In this document: piece after piece, positions 19,025 through 27,412 of the stretch
How the letters are laid out: each line of letters starts with the position of its first letter
How positions within the stretch are numbered: position 1 is the stretch's first letter
Assembly (NCBI GenBank): GCA_964509675.1
Contig: CAZDXC010000002.1
Span: 7,425-71,424 of the forward strand
Origin: Candidatus Woesearchaeota archaeon
Lineage (GTDB): Archaea; Nanobdellota; Nanobdellia; Pacearchaeales; GW2011-AR1
Reading direction: 5' to 3'
DNA: 64,000 bases
Program-made: the position numbers and the translations under genes
Notes under the pieces: model-generated
Databases searched by the model: none
Seen by the model: only the letters and a program-made list of their open reading frames with translations
What the model was told of the DNA's origin: nothing

Positions 19025-19849
19025 TTTCAAATTAAAAAGATTAATAACAATAAATATAAGAAAACTAATAAGGAAAACAGGAGAGAAAGGAATTCCTTCT
19101 TTTATCTTTATTCTCTTATACTTCTTCTTTATTTTTCTTATGTCTTCCTTGCTAAGCCCTTCCCATCGTGCCTTTAATATCTTTTTTCCTATTTTTAAAT
19201 CGGCATAAAGCATATCTCCCCGTCTTAAATCCTTTGTTTTTATTTTTTTAACCATGCAGGATTCGTCAATTGCCTTTGAATACAAATAAAGATATGAACT
19301 AAAGAATATTAAAACTCCAAAAACAAAAAAGATTTTCTCTGCAAATCCAAGAGACAAGATAATCACACTCAAAAGCAAAAAGGCAATCATCATTTTTTTG
19401 TTTTTATGAAATTGCTTAATAAATTCTCTCTTAAAATGATGAAATTTTTTTATGCAAAGAAAAATACTTGACAAAAAAACATAAATAAATCCAACAGACA
19501 AAAAAATCAGAATAAAATCAAAGAAAAGATAAGAATTAAGAGAAAAATTAGGGAAATAAGGCAGTATTGTTCCCATAGAAATCATAAGTTTTGCATCTCC
19601 ACCGGCAAAAACCCTTCCATAATATAACAAATTTCCAACTATAAAAAAAATTCCAAGTCCGATTATTCCGTTATAAAAAAATAAAAAATTATCTCCCTGA
19701 AAAAGAGAATAAAAGAATCTAAAACCCAATGCAAAAATAATCAAAGAAAAGCTGAGCCAATTCGCAATTTCTTTTGTTTTAATATCCTGAATTACTGCAA
19801 ATATAATATAAATTAAAGCCAATAACCATAAAAAAATTACCTCATACAT
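19004..19849 (-). CDS. Prepilin peptidase (A24 family)
   Basis: QDIKTKEI.NW, AGGDAKL and GIPF.P; multiple TM helices; adjacent to the pilin cluster. Confidence 0.92.
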   Translation of the reverse strand: MYEVIFLWLLALIYIIFAVIQDIKTKEIANWLSFSLIIFALGFRFFYSLFQGDNFLFFYNGIIGLGIFFIVGNLLYYGRVFAGGDAKLMISMGTILPYFPNFSLNSYLFFDFILIFLSVGFIYVFLSSIFLCIKKFHHFKREFIKQFHKNKKMMIAFLLLSVIILSLGFAEKIFFVFGVLIFFSSYLYLYSKAIDESCMVKKIKTKDLRRGDMLYADLKIGKKILKARWEGLSKEDIRKIKKKYKRIKIKEGIPFSPVFLISFLIFIVINLFNLKLWNPLW

Positions 19850-19892
19850 GAAATATATTATAAATCTCAATTAATAAAGTTTTAGAAGGGAT

Positions 19893-20012
19893 TCATTTTT
19901 TCTTGAAAGATAAACTTCTTTGTCTTCCGCCTTTTTTATAAGGATGCCTCTTTTTTTCTTTTTTCTTGTCTTTTTTCTTTTTTCTTTTATCAGAAAAAAA
20001 ATATTCACCCAT
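19893..20012 (-). CDS. 39-aa highly basic small protein (below the ORF track cutoff)
   Basis: MGEYFFSDKRKKKKDKKKEKKRHPYKKGGRQRSLSFKKK*; TTAAAA box about 25 nt upstream. Confidence 0.45.
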   Translation of the reverse strand: MGEYFFSDKRKKKKDKKKEKKRHPYKKGGRQRSLSFKKK

Positions 20013-20042
20013 AGTAATTAAGAAGAAAATAAGTTTTTAAAA

Positions 20043-20423
20043 CTAACATAAATTTGGACACTCTTCTATCCCATACTTCAAATAATTTGCATCAGTGGAA
20101 AAGAATGTACAATTTCCTGTAACTTCTTTTTTACCTTCAGGCAAATCAGAAGCTTTCAAAGTTCTTTCCATATTACAAAAGCCATAAGCATCCTGTGTTG
20201 CACATGCAGCCTGGCATTGATTAACTATTGTATCAACATTGCTTGAAGAAAGCCAAGGAAGAACCTTTTGCCACCCCAAAAAAAATCCTGCCATTAACAA
20301 AATCAGAATAGCTAATCCCAAAACTATAAGAATAATCGTACTTATTTGTAATCCTTGCCCCCTACGATTTTCTGAAAGAAAGTTGCAGGGAGAAAAACTT
20401 TTGTTTTGACCCCTTTTATCCAT
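20043..20423 (-). CDS. Type IV pilin-like protein (class III signal peptide, Cys-rich)
   Basis: RRGQG|LQISTIILIVLG; C-terminal cysteines; the signal peptide contains a palindromic insert. Confidence 0.85.
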   Translation of the reverse strand: MDKRGQNKSFSPCNFLSENRRGQGLQISTIILIVLGLAILILLMAGFFLGWQKVLPWLSSSNVDTIVNQCQAACATQDAYGFCNMERTLKASDLPEGKKEVTGNCTFFSTDANYLKYGIEECPNLC

Positions 20424-20460
20424 AACTAAAATAAGTTTATTTTGTTTAAAAATGTTTTTA

Positions 20461-20757
20461 TTAGGGTTTGAATTTATATTCTGCCGAAAATAAGAGAACC
20501 TCTTTTTTCCAAAAAAGAATTCCTTTTGTTACATTTTTTTCAAAATACAATCCGTCAGGGCTCTCGCCATTAAAAATTTTTTCTTCTATCTGTGAATTCA
20601 TTTTTTCTACTACTCCGACTCCTGCAAAATAATTTCTTGTTTTTATTGTAGAAGAGAAAAAACTAAAAATAGCCAAAGCACAAACTAACAATACCCCTAT
20701 TACTAAAATTGTTATGGGAATGTCCCCTCTCTTGTTCAATCTTCTTTTATTAACCAT
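20461..20757 (-). CDS. Pilin-like protein
   Basis: NKRG|DIPITILVIGV. Confidence 0.8.
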   Translation of the reverse strand: MVNKRRLNKRGDIPITILVIGVLLVCALAIFSFFSSTIKTRNYFAGVGVVEKMNSQIEEKIFNGESPDGLYFEKNVTKGILFWKKEVLLFSAEYKFKP

Positions 20758-21019
20758 TTTCTTTCAAAAGATTATCAATAATATCTTTGTTTTCATTGTT
20801 AACTAATTTGTGGCTTAGAGAAGTCTTCATATTCAATATTTGAGATTCTTTTTCCAAATCTGTCTTTACATTTCCAACACTTATAATCTTAACTTTAGAC
20901 ATTAAAACAGAAATGTAAATAAAAATAAGCAGGATTCCAATTATAACAAGAGTTGCAACAACCCATGAAAGGGTTTCTCCAATCTGGGCTTTCTTGTTTT
21001 TATTATTATATTTTAACAT
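20750..21019 (-). CDS. Pilin-like protein
   Basis: KKA|QIGETLSWVVAT. Confidence 0.82.
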   Translation of the reverse strand: MLKYNNKNKKAQIGETLSWVVATLVIIGILLIFIYISVLMSKVKIISVGNVKTDLEKESQILNMKTSLSHKLVNNENKDIIDNLLKENG

Positions 21020-21530
21020 TTTTTTCTGATTTTCTCACAACAGTCAAAATTTTTATTATATATTGGTTATTTTTATCATCAAGAGAATAAAAGTTTCCTT
21101 TAACACATTTGGCCAATCTTTCTTTTTCCCTGTCTCCTTGCAATGCACAACTGGACAGCCATTTGTTGTCTCCTGCATTTACACTAAAAACAGGTTCATT
21201 TAGGTCTTCAAGTTTGTAAAATTTTATTTCTGTATAATATTGTTCATCTCCCCAATCAACAGATTTAAAATTTAAATGACAAGTCTTCAAAAAATTTTCT
21301 TCATATCCCTGATTAAATTGCCCTTCAGAAATCAGATTAGCATTGATTTTTCCTGCATAAGAAATGCAATCCGCTATTTGGTTTATCAAAACATGGGCTT
21401 CTATTTCTCTTACATCATAAGGCGTTCCATAAAAAACATAAACCATCCCAAAAATTCCTCCGGCCACAACTATAAGGACAGCAAACCAATAAATCGAAAG
21501 AACCTTGTCTCCTCTTTTGTTCATAAACAT
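21006..21530 (-). CDS. Pilin-like protein
   Basis: NKRG|DKVLSIYWF plus hydrophobic helix; DC motif. Confidence 0.8.
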   Translation of the reverse strand: MFMNKRGDKVLSIYWFAVLIVVAGGIFGMVYVFYGTPYDVREIEAHVLINQIADCISYAGKINANLISEGQFNQGYEENFLKTCHLNFKSVDWGDEQYYTEIKFYKLEDLNEPVFSVNAGDNKWLSSCALQGDREKERLAKCVKGNFYSLDDKNNQYIIKILTVVRKSEKNVKI

Positions 21531-21531
21531 C

Positions 21532-21921
21532 TTATTTATACCCGTTTACATTAATTACATAGTTTTTTTCTGGAAAAACATCAGGATAAGTTGTGACATC
21601 AACATTATTGAAAAAAGAATATTTATATCCTCCATCTTTGCTAAGCTTGACTGTGACAACATTGTCATTTATTTTCACAATCTCTTCCCTTTTCACCCCA
21701 TTTTTTTCTGCTAAATCCATTGCATCCTGCATATTCAATTTCATTTCAGTTACAGGTTTTGCAGAGTCAATCAGCAATGCTATGTTCTTTGCATAACTTT
21801 GTTCAAGCACAATTGCTCCATTTCCCTGCCTAAAAAGAAACAAGACAAGAATTGAAATGAAAACAAGATTTAAGATAATAAAAATTACATTCTCAATTAA
21901 TATAGTCCCTCTTTTAGTCAT
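21532..21921 (-). CDS. Pilin-like protein
   Basis: KRG|TILIENVIFIIL. Confidence 0.8.
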   Translation of the reverse strand: MTKRGTILIENVIFIILNLVFISILVLFLFRQGNGAIVLEQSYAKNIALLIDSAKPVTEMKLNMQDAMDLAEKNGVKREEIVKINDNVVTVKLSKDGGYKYSFFNNVDVTTYPDVFPEKNYVINVNGYK

Positions 21922-21959
21922 AAATCCTTAAAATGGGTATTCTTAATAAAATTAACTAA

Positions 21960-22850
21960 TTAGGCTAAGGTTTTTATGTCCTTGCACTTTAATGCTTCAT
22001 AATCTTTTGAATTAGCTTCTATTATTGTCGGAGCCATATAAGAATCTCCAGACTCTCCTTTTACAAATGTTCCTGCGAAATATCCTCCAATCCCTCCTGT
22101 AGTAGCTCCAAGCGCAACTGCCATTACAGCAGGAGTTCCCAGTCCTCCTGTGAGAACTATAACACCAACAGCTGTCCCTGCGCCAACCCCAAACAAAACC
22201 CATTTTAAGGCACTAACATCACTAACAACACCCATTATTATATACTGTTGCTTATTCAGATTTATTTTTCCGAAATCTGCACTATTAATTGTCAAAGTAT
22301 TTTTTATTTGCTGTGAATTTTTCAAGCCAATTAAATAATCAAGATAACTAATTTCCTTGCCAGACACATTTGTTTCAGCAAGATAATTATAGAAATCAGC
22401 CTTGTCAATTTCATTATTGGTAAAAAAATCCAAACTGTCATCAAAAGCTATCTGTGAACAAATTGAACAATAAAGATTATTTGCAAGCAAGTCTTTTCCG
22501 ACATAATTCAGTTTCCCTTCTCCAAACATCCACCAGCAATCTGCCATTTCATTGGCAAGCGACTCATAAACTTCTCCTTTCGTTTTAACTTTTTTAATTT
22601 CAGGAGAAGTCATTTTTTCGCAACTCCCGTCTTTTGTAAAACATACATAATTCGTCTTGCAATTTAATGGAATTGACTCTTTTGGTATTACTTCTGAACT
22701 TCTTGTAACAACTGAATTATGGCATATTTCAATATCGCTTGTCCTTCCTAAATTAAGCCTGAGAATAAAAAACAAGATAACTGCAAAACTTGCTATAAGA
22801 ATAATTAACAAAACTATCTGCTGTGTTGTAATTTCTGCCTTTTTTTTCAT
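21960..22850 (-). CDS. Pilin-like protein with a Cys-rich domain and a Gly-rich hydrophobic hairpin
   Basis: KKA|EITTQQIVLLII; ADCWWMFGEG; CSIC; GxxxG-rich segment. Confidence 0.82.
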   Translation of the reverse strand: MKKKAEITTQQIVLLIILIASFAVILFFILRLNLGRTSDIEICHNSVVTRSSEVIPKESIPLNCKTNYVCFTKDGSCEKMTSPEIKKVKTKGEVYESLANEMADCWWMFGEGKLNYVGKDLLANNLYCSICSQIAFDDSLDFFTNNEIDKADFYNYLAETNVSGKEISYLDYLIGLKNSQQIKNTLTINSADFGKINLNKQQYIIMGVVSDVSALKWVLFGVGAGTAVGVIVLTGGLGTPAVMAVALGATTGGIGGYFAGTFVKGESGDSYMAPTIIEANSKDYEALKCKDIKTLA

Positions 22851-22951
22851 TATATCATCCCAAATTTTTTAAGTGCAAAATATATTCCACTGAAAGCTAA
22901 TGCAAAAAAAATAATCCATATTAAATATTTTATTATTTCATCCAGGTTCAT
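22850..22951 (-). CDS. 33-aa single-TM peptide (mini-pilin-like)
   Basis: MNLDEIIKYLIWIIFFALAFSGIYFALKKFGMI*; overlaps the stop and start of both neighbours. Confidence 0.6.
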   Translation of the reverse strand: MNLDEIIKYLIWIIFFALAFSGIYFALKKFGMI

Positions 22952-23454
22952 TTTTTTGTTATTACTATTTCATCACCTATCTTTTTAATTAAAAGAGATG
23001 TCCCTCCTTTTTCTATTTTTATTTTGTCAAATTTTTTCAGATTTGAGACTACCGAACAGGTCCCTTTATCATCGCATTTGCCTATTTGTCTTTTTTGCCA
23101 ATTAAAAATATTAACAACAACTCCCTGACAAATACAAATGCAATTTTCTCCTGTGCATAAATTAGGCTTGATATCTTCTCTGACAAAACTAAAAACATAC
23201 CATCCCGAAGGATTTGGAATAAGTTTTCCCTGTTCATCAGGAATTCCTCCCAAGTTTACTCTCTCTATTTCTTTTGCTAGCCCGTTTGCTCCTTTCATGC
23301 TGGCTTCTGCTTCTTTTTTTCCCTGCTCCCCTGTCATTGAAAAATATAATGAAACTAAAAGAAAAACCAAAAATCCAAGGCATATTACTGCAATTAAAAT
23401 TTTCAAAACTTCTTCTGGAAGAAGGTTCCCTTTTTTATTTAGCTCTTTTTTCAT
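22948..23454 (-). CDS. Pilin-like protein
   Basis: NKKG|NLLPEEVLKILIA; C..ENCICIC. Confidence 0.82.
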   Translation of the reverse strand: MKKELNKKGNLLPEEVLKILIAVICLGFLVFLLVSLYFSMTGEQGKKEAEASMKGANGLAKEIERVNLGGIPDEQGKLIPNPSGWYVFSFVREDIKPNLCTGENCICICQGVVVNIFNWQKRQIGKCDDKGTCSVVSNLKKFDKIKIEKGGTSLLIKKIGDEIVITKK

Positions 23455-23455
23455 T

Positions 23456-23620
23456 TTATATCAGCGCAATAAAAATTTTAGTTATATTTTTAGCAGAAAG
23501 TCCCTTAAAAAAATCAATAATACTGTTCCTGAAGAAGAAATAAACTCCAATAACAACAGCCGCCACAATAAAAATCCCCAAAATTATTTTTATCAGCTGT
23601 TCTATTGTAAGCTCTGCCAT
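23456..23620 (-). CDS. 54-aa mini-pilin-like protein
   Basis: MAELTIEQLIKIILGIFIVAAVVIGVYFFF...*; TAATG-coupled to the upstream gene. Confidence 0.7.
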   Translation of the reverse strand: MAELTIEQLIKIILGIFIVAAVVIGVYFFFRNSIIDFFKGLSAKNITKIFIALI

Positions 23621-23775
23621 TATCTCCCTCTAAAAAGATTTTTAATTTGTTCTATAAACTCAAATCCTTTTCCCTTAAGCAGAAAGATACTAATCATAAT
23701 TATCGCAAGAATTGCAAGAGCGATTAAAAGCCAAGGCAGATATTCTGAAACTATCCCTTTTTCCCCTTTTTTCAT
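23620..23775 (-). CDS. 51-aa Flp-sized pilin
   Basis: MKKGEKG|IVSEYLPWLLIALAILAIIMISIFLLKGKG...LFRGR*. Confidence 0.75.
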   Translation of the reverse strand: MKKGEKGIVSEYLPWLLIALAILAIIMISIFLLKGKGFEFIEQIKNLFRGR

Positions 23776-23871
23776 AGTATAAAAAAGAGTGTGAATATTA
23801 ATAAATGTTTAGGATTTTTGAAAAAATATATCTCAATAATCTTTAAAAAATACCTGTTCTCTCTTTTTCTC

Positions 23872-25209
23872 ATGAAAAGCTTAAAAAAGGTTCTCTCAGC
23901 CGCCTTTTTTGGGGCTTCACTTTTCTTCTCTCCAATGACATTTGCTGATAGAGAAACTGTTTTTAATGAAACTTATTCTGTTCCAATGACTTATGAATTT
24001 GGAAAAGAAATTGAAGAAAAAATAAGAATTCATGCTTCATTAGATGCAGACACAAACACAATTTATGTATCTACTTACACACAGGATTATAACAGAAGAA
24101 ATTGGATAGGAGATGAGAAACAGAAACTTCCAGCATACAAGAGACACACCAATATAAATTATATGAACTCCAGATTTTTTATTCTTCGCCCCCAAAGAGT
24201 CAAAGTTTCTGGCATAGAACAAAAAGCATTTATTGTTCCGCAATACAGGTGGATTTCAGGATTAGAATCCTATGAAGAAAAAGAAGGAACACAATTTATT
24301 GTTGAAGAAAGTCAGAGAACATTAAAAAGAATATTCTCAAAAATTCCTTTTTTAAACAAAATTTATGATAAATTCATAAAAGATGCTAAAGAAAAAGAAG
24401 AAGAATATTATGAAGCAATTTTTGATAAAATTGATGAAGATTATATAGCAATACAAGTTCCCCCTTACATCCCAAAAAACCTTATAGGATACACTGAAAC
24501 AGCAAGAGAATATATTATTCAATTTGATACAAACATGCAGGACAAAATTCCAATGTTTATCTGGCTGAAAATAGCATTGGGAGATCCCTCAAACTCTTCT
24601 TTTGGTTCTTTTCCGAATAAATACGGAGAACTAGAAAATATACTTATTAAATTTAATTTAAACGAAAATAAAATTAAAAGAGAAGAACTATACGATTATT
24701 TTTTCCATAGAGACGAATTAAAACATCTAAACATAGCTAAAAGAAATATTGAAGGAACTGGTTCAAATCCTGCAATAATTACAATAAAAAATTTAAAACT
24801 GGAAGAAAGAGAGTTATATGAAGAAGACAGGGTTCTTAGAATAGGAATGGCAGAATATATTTTTCAGGAAGGCGGAGATTCATTAGAAAAAGATTTGTCT
24901 TTTGCCATAGTGCAGTTTGAAACAAAAAGAGACAGGGAAAATTTTATTCAAAAGAAGAGAGGAGAACTCAAATATCCAACTTTTTTCAAAGAGAGCATAA
25001 TGTCTTTTATTGATAAACCAACAATAGAAAAGGTTCTTGATCCATTTGGAGAATTTAGTGAAGAACAAATGCTAATATATATGGATTTAATTCTAGATTA
25101 TACAAATAGAACAGGAATGGAAGTAATTCTGTCTGAAGATGAAGAAAAAAGCAAAACATTGCTCGAACAAATTAAGAAATACATTTTAAACTCAGAAGAG
25201 TTATACTAA
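23872..25209 (+). CDS. Secreted hypothetical protein inserted antisense in the pilus locus
   Basis: MKSLKKVLSAAFFGASLFFSPMTFA signal peptide; about 445 aa; no recognised motif. Confidence 0.75.
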   Translation: MKSLKKVLSAAFFGASLFFSPMTFADRETVFNETYSVPMTYEFGKEIEEKIRIHASLDADTNTIYVSTYTQDYNRRNWIGDEKQKLPAYKRHTNINYMNSRFFILRPQRVKVSGIEQKAFIVPQYRWISGLESYEEKEGTQFIVEESQRTLKRIFSKIPFLNKIYDKFIKDAKEKEEEYYEAIFDKIDEDYIAIQVPPYIPKNLIGYTETAREYIIQFDTNMQDKIPMFIWLKIALGDPSNSSFGSFPNKYGELENILIKFNLNENKIKREELYDYFFHRDELKHLNIAKRNIEGTGSNPAIITIKNLKLEERELYEEDRVLRIGMAEYIFQEGGDSLEKDLSFAIVQFETKRDRENFIQKKRGELKYPTFFKESIMSFIDKPTIEKVLDPFGEFSEEQMLIYMDLILDYTNRTGMEVILSEDEEKSKTLLEQIKKYILNSEELY

Positions 25210-27366
25210 ATTCCCCAACACAATTGATGTCAGTATAAATAAAGATATTATGGCTAATAATGCAGCTACAATATACAATCTGATTCCTTTTTTTAAATTA
25301 ATCCCTGTCTTGTTTGTTTTTTCTAATTTATCATCTCCAGAATCAATTACAACAAGTGCTCCTGAAAGAATAAAAATTATTTCTATAATATAAATCCCGA
25401 CTACTATCTGTAATATATAAGGAGGAATCATTTTCGTAACATCAAAAATACTTAATATTGCATTTAAATTTCCAACCCCGGCAATTGTTTCTCCGCCCAC
25501 TGCACTTGCTATATTCAATTTATTCAAGATGCTTGTTATCATTGCAGCCAATCCAATTACAACTCCTGAAAGCAATGGAGCAAGAAATGTCATATTACTT
25601 TTCATGTCAGAAATTATTTCCGCAAGCATGTCTCTGAGCCTGTTTGTTATTTTTCCTATATTCTTAACATACTCTGAAATGCTTATCAAACTCAATGCCG
25701 CAATTCTCAGGCCTTTTTTTGCAGATTCAACAAGAATTTTCATGCTTGTTGAAATCAAATCAGAAGGATAATATCTTAAAGCTCCCCTATTTTTATCGAA
25801 TATTGCGCTTTCAACAGACATCCCCATTTGTATTATGTTATAATTTACTCTTCTGAAAAAATCCTCTGTTTTCAGTCCTTTTGTTGATTCTGCTACCTTT
25901 CCAAATGCCAATTCAGGAGGAACTCCGTTGCCGATTCTATTCCCCAATTGAAATAAAGAATTATTAAACTCAACTTCAAGCTGTTTGGTTTTTTCTCTTT
26001 CCTTAATCAATCCTTTTGTTCTCTCTTTAAATGAAATTGAAAAAAACAAGGCAACTCCAAGAGTAAAAAATACTCCCATTATTAATGCTCCAACCCCAAA
26101 AGGCCCCCCTACTTTTCCTCCGACATTAGTAAATCCAAAAACAAGTTCATCTCCAAAAAAACTGATTCCCAATTCAGAAAATGTATAATCTGATTTCAAT
26201 CCAAAAAATGAGGGAATTGCTGTATATTGAAAGATCAGAGGAAGGAGTCCGATGATAAAAAAAGGAAGACATATGAAAAAAGCCTTCCAGTAAGGTTTTT
26301 TGCTTTTATAAGAAGAATAAAGAGGATTTCTCTCTAATAACTCTGTTTCTCCATAACCGCCTGGGCGTAAAAATAAAATTTTGTCTGTGAGATAAAAAAC
26401 AAAAAAAGGAATTATTAAATTAAAAAGAACAAAGACATGATACCATTTCAAAAAATCTCCGACCATTGCAGAAGCAAGAGGAAGCAAAGCCAAGCCAAGA
26501 GTAGGCAATACCACTCCAAGCATGTAAACATTAGTTAAAGGGCTTCTGACTTCATGAGTAAATTTAAGCATCTTGTCATAAACACCATCCAAAACAACCT
26601 GCAGGGATTTTTCCAGGGTTGTAATTCTCTTATTTTCATCAGATTCAAACAAACTGCTTTCTATCAAATGAAAAGCTTCAATAAACTCTACAGAATAATC
26701 TCTCCAGTTTTCAAGATAGTTATCCAAACTTTCTTTTATAGTAGAAAATTTTCCAACTTCCACATTATAAAATACTTTTTTTAAGTCAAGTGCAAGAGGA
26801 TACTGCAAATGCTGAGAAGCAAATGCAATGGCTTTTTCCAGATTGGGTGTGTGTCTCATATAAACAACGATGTACAAGATAGCAGGAACCATTTGTGAAC
26901 TTGCCTTTAATCTCCATTTATTTGCCAGCCTCTTGGGGTAACCATTAACAAAATAAAAAAGAAACATTGCAAAAATCATTACCAAAAAGAAAAAGGAAAA
27001 AGGAAAATCTGCAAATCCTCCCTTAAAAAGCGCTATTGCAACTGAAATTAAAAGCCCCAGAATAAAAACACTGACAAAAGCCATTACACTAAGAGTAATC
27101 GTTTGCCATGGTTCCAAATCCAGATGGGCAATTTCCAGAAATCTTCTTATTTTATCTTCATCTTTTTTAGAAACTTTTAGTTTTATTATGTTTCCAAGAC
27201 TGTGACACCATTTTTCATATCTCGATAATTCCGGAGACATTTCTTCTTTGAATTTTGTATAACTTTGGCTAAAATTAACATTTTCAGTTGCATTAGTTTT
27301 CATGCTTTTTTCAATTCTGGCTGCATGTTTCCTGAGAATATCTTCGACGCTAGGTTTGTCAGGCAT
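25201..27366 (-). CDS. Type IV pilus membrane platform protein (TadC/ArlJ-like)
   Basis: Polytopic with two T2SSF-like cytoplasmic domains; directly downstream of the assembly ATPase. Confidence 0.85.
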   Translation of the reverse strand: MPDKPSVEDILRKHAARIEKSMKTNATENVNFSQSYTKFKEEMSPELSRYEKWCHSLGNIIKLKVSKKDEDKIRRFLEIAHLDLEPWQTITLSVMAFVSVFILGLLISVAIALFKGGFADFPFSFFFLVMIFAMFLFYFVNGYPKRLANKWRLKASSQMVPAILYIVVYMRHTPNLEKAIAFASQHLQYPLALDLKKVFYNVEVGKFSTIKESLDNYLENWRDYSVEFIEAFHLIESSLFESDENKRITTLEKSLQVVLDGVYDKMLKFTHEVRSPLTNVYMLGVVLPTLGLALLPLASAMVGDFLKWYHVFVLFNLIIPFFVFYLTDKILFLRPGGYGETELLERNPLYSSYKSKKPYWKAFFICLPFFIIGLLPLIFQYTAIPSFFGLKSDYTFSELGISFFGDELVFGFTNVGGKVGGPFGVGALIMGVFFTLGVALFFSISFKERTKGLIKEREKTKQLEVEFNNSLFQLGNRIGNGVPPELAFGKVAESTKGLKTEDFFRRVNYNIIQMGMSVESAIFDKNRGALRYYPSDLISTSMKILVESAKKGLRIAALSLISISEYVKNIGKITNRLRDMLAEIISDMKSNMTFLAPLLSGVVIGLAAMITSILNKLNIASAVGGETIAGVGNLNAILSIFDVTKMIPPYILQIVVGIYIIEIIFILSGALVVIDSGDDKLEKTNKTGINLKKGIRLYIVAALLAIISLFILTSIVLGNLV

Positions 27367-27412
27367 TTTTCCTCTTTTATAATTAGCAAACAATAACAGA
27401 ATTAATAAATGT

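Noticed and set aside
23138..23782. 214-aa plus-strand ORF
   Set aside because: It is antisense to three convincing pilin-like genes and has no protein-like motifs.
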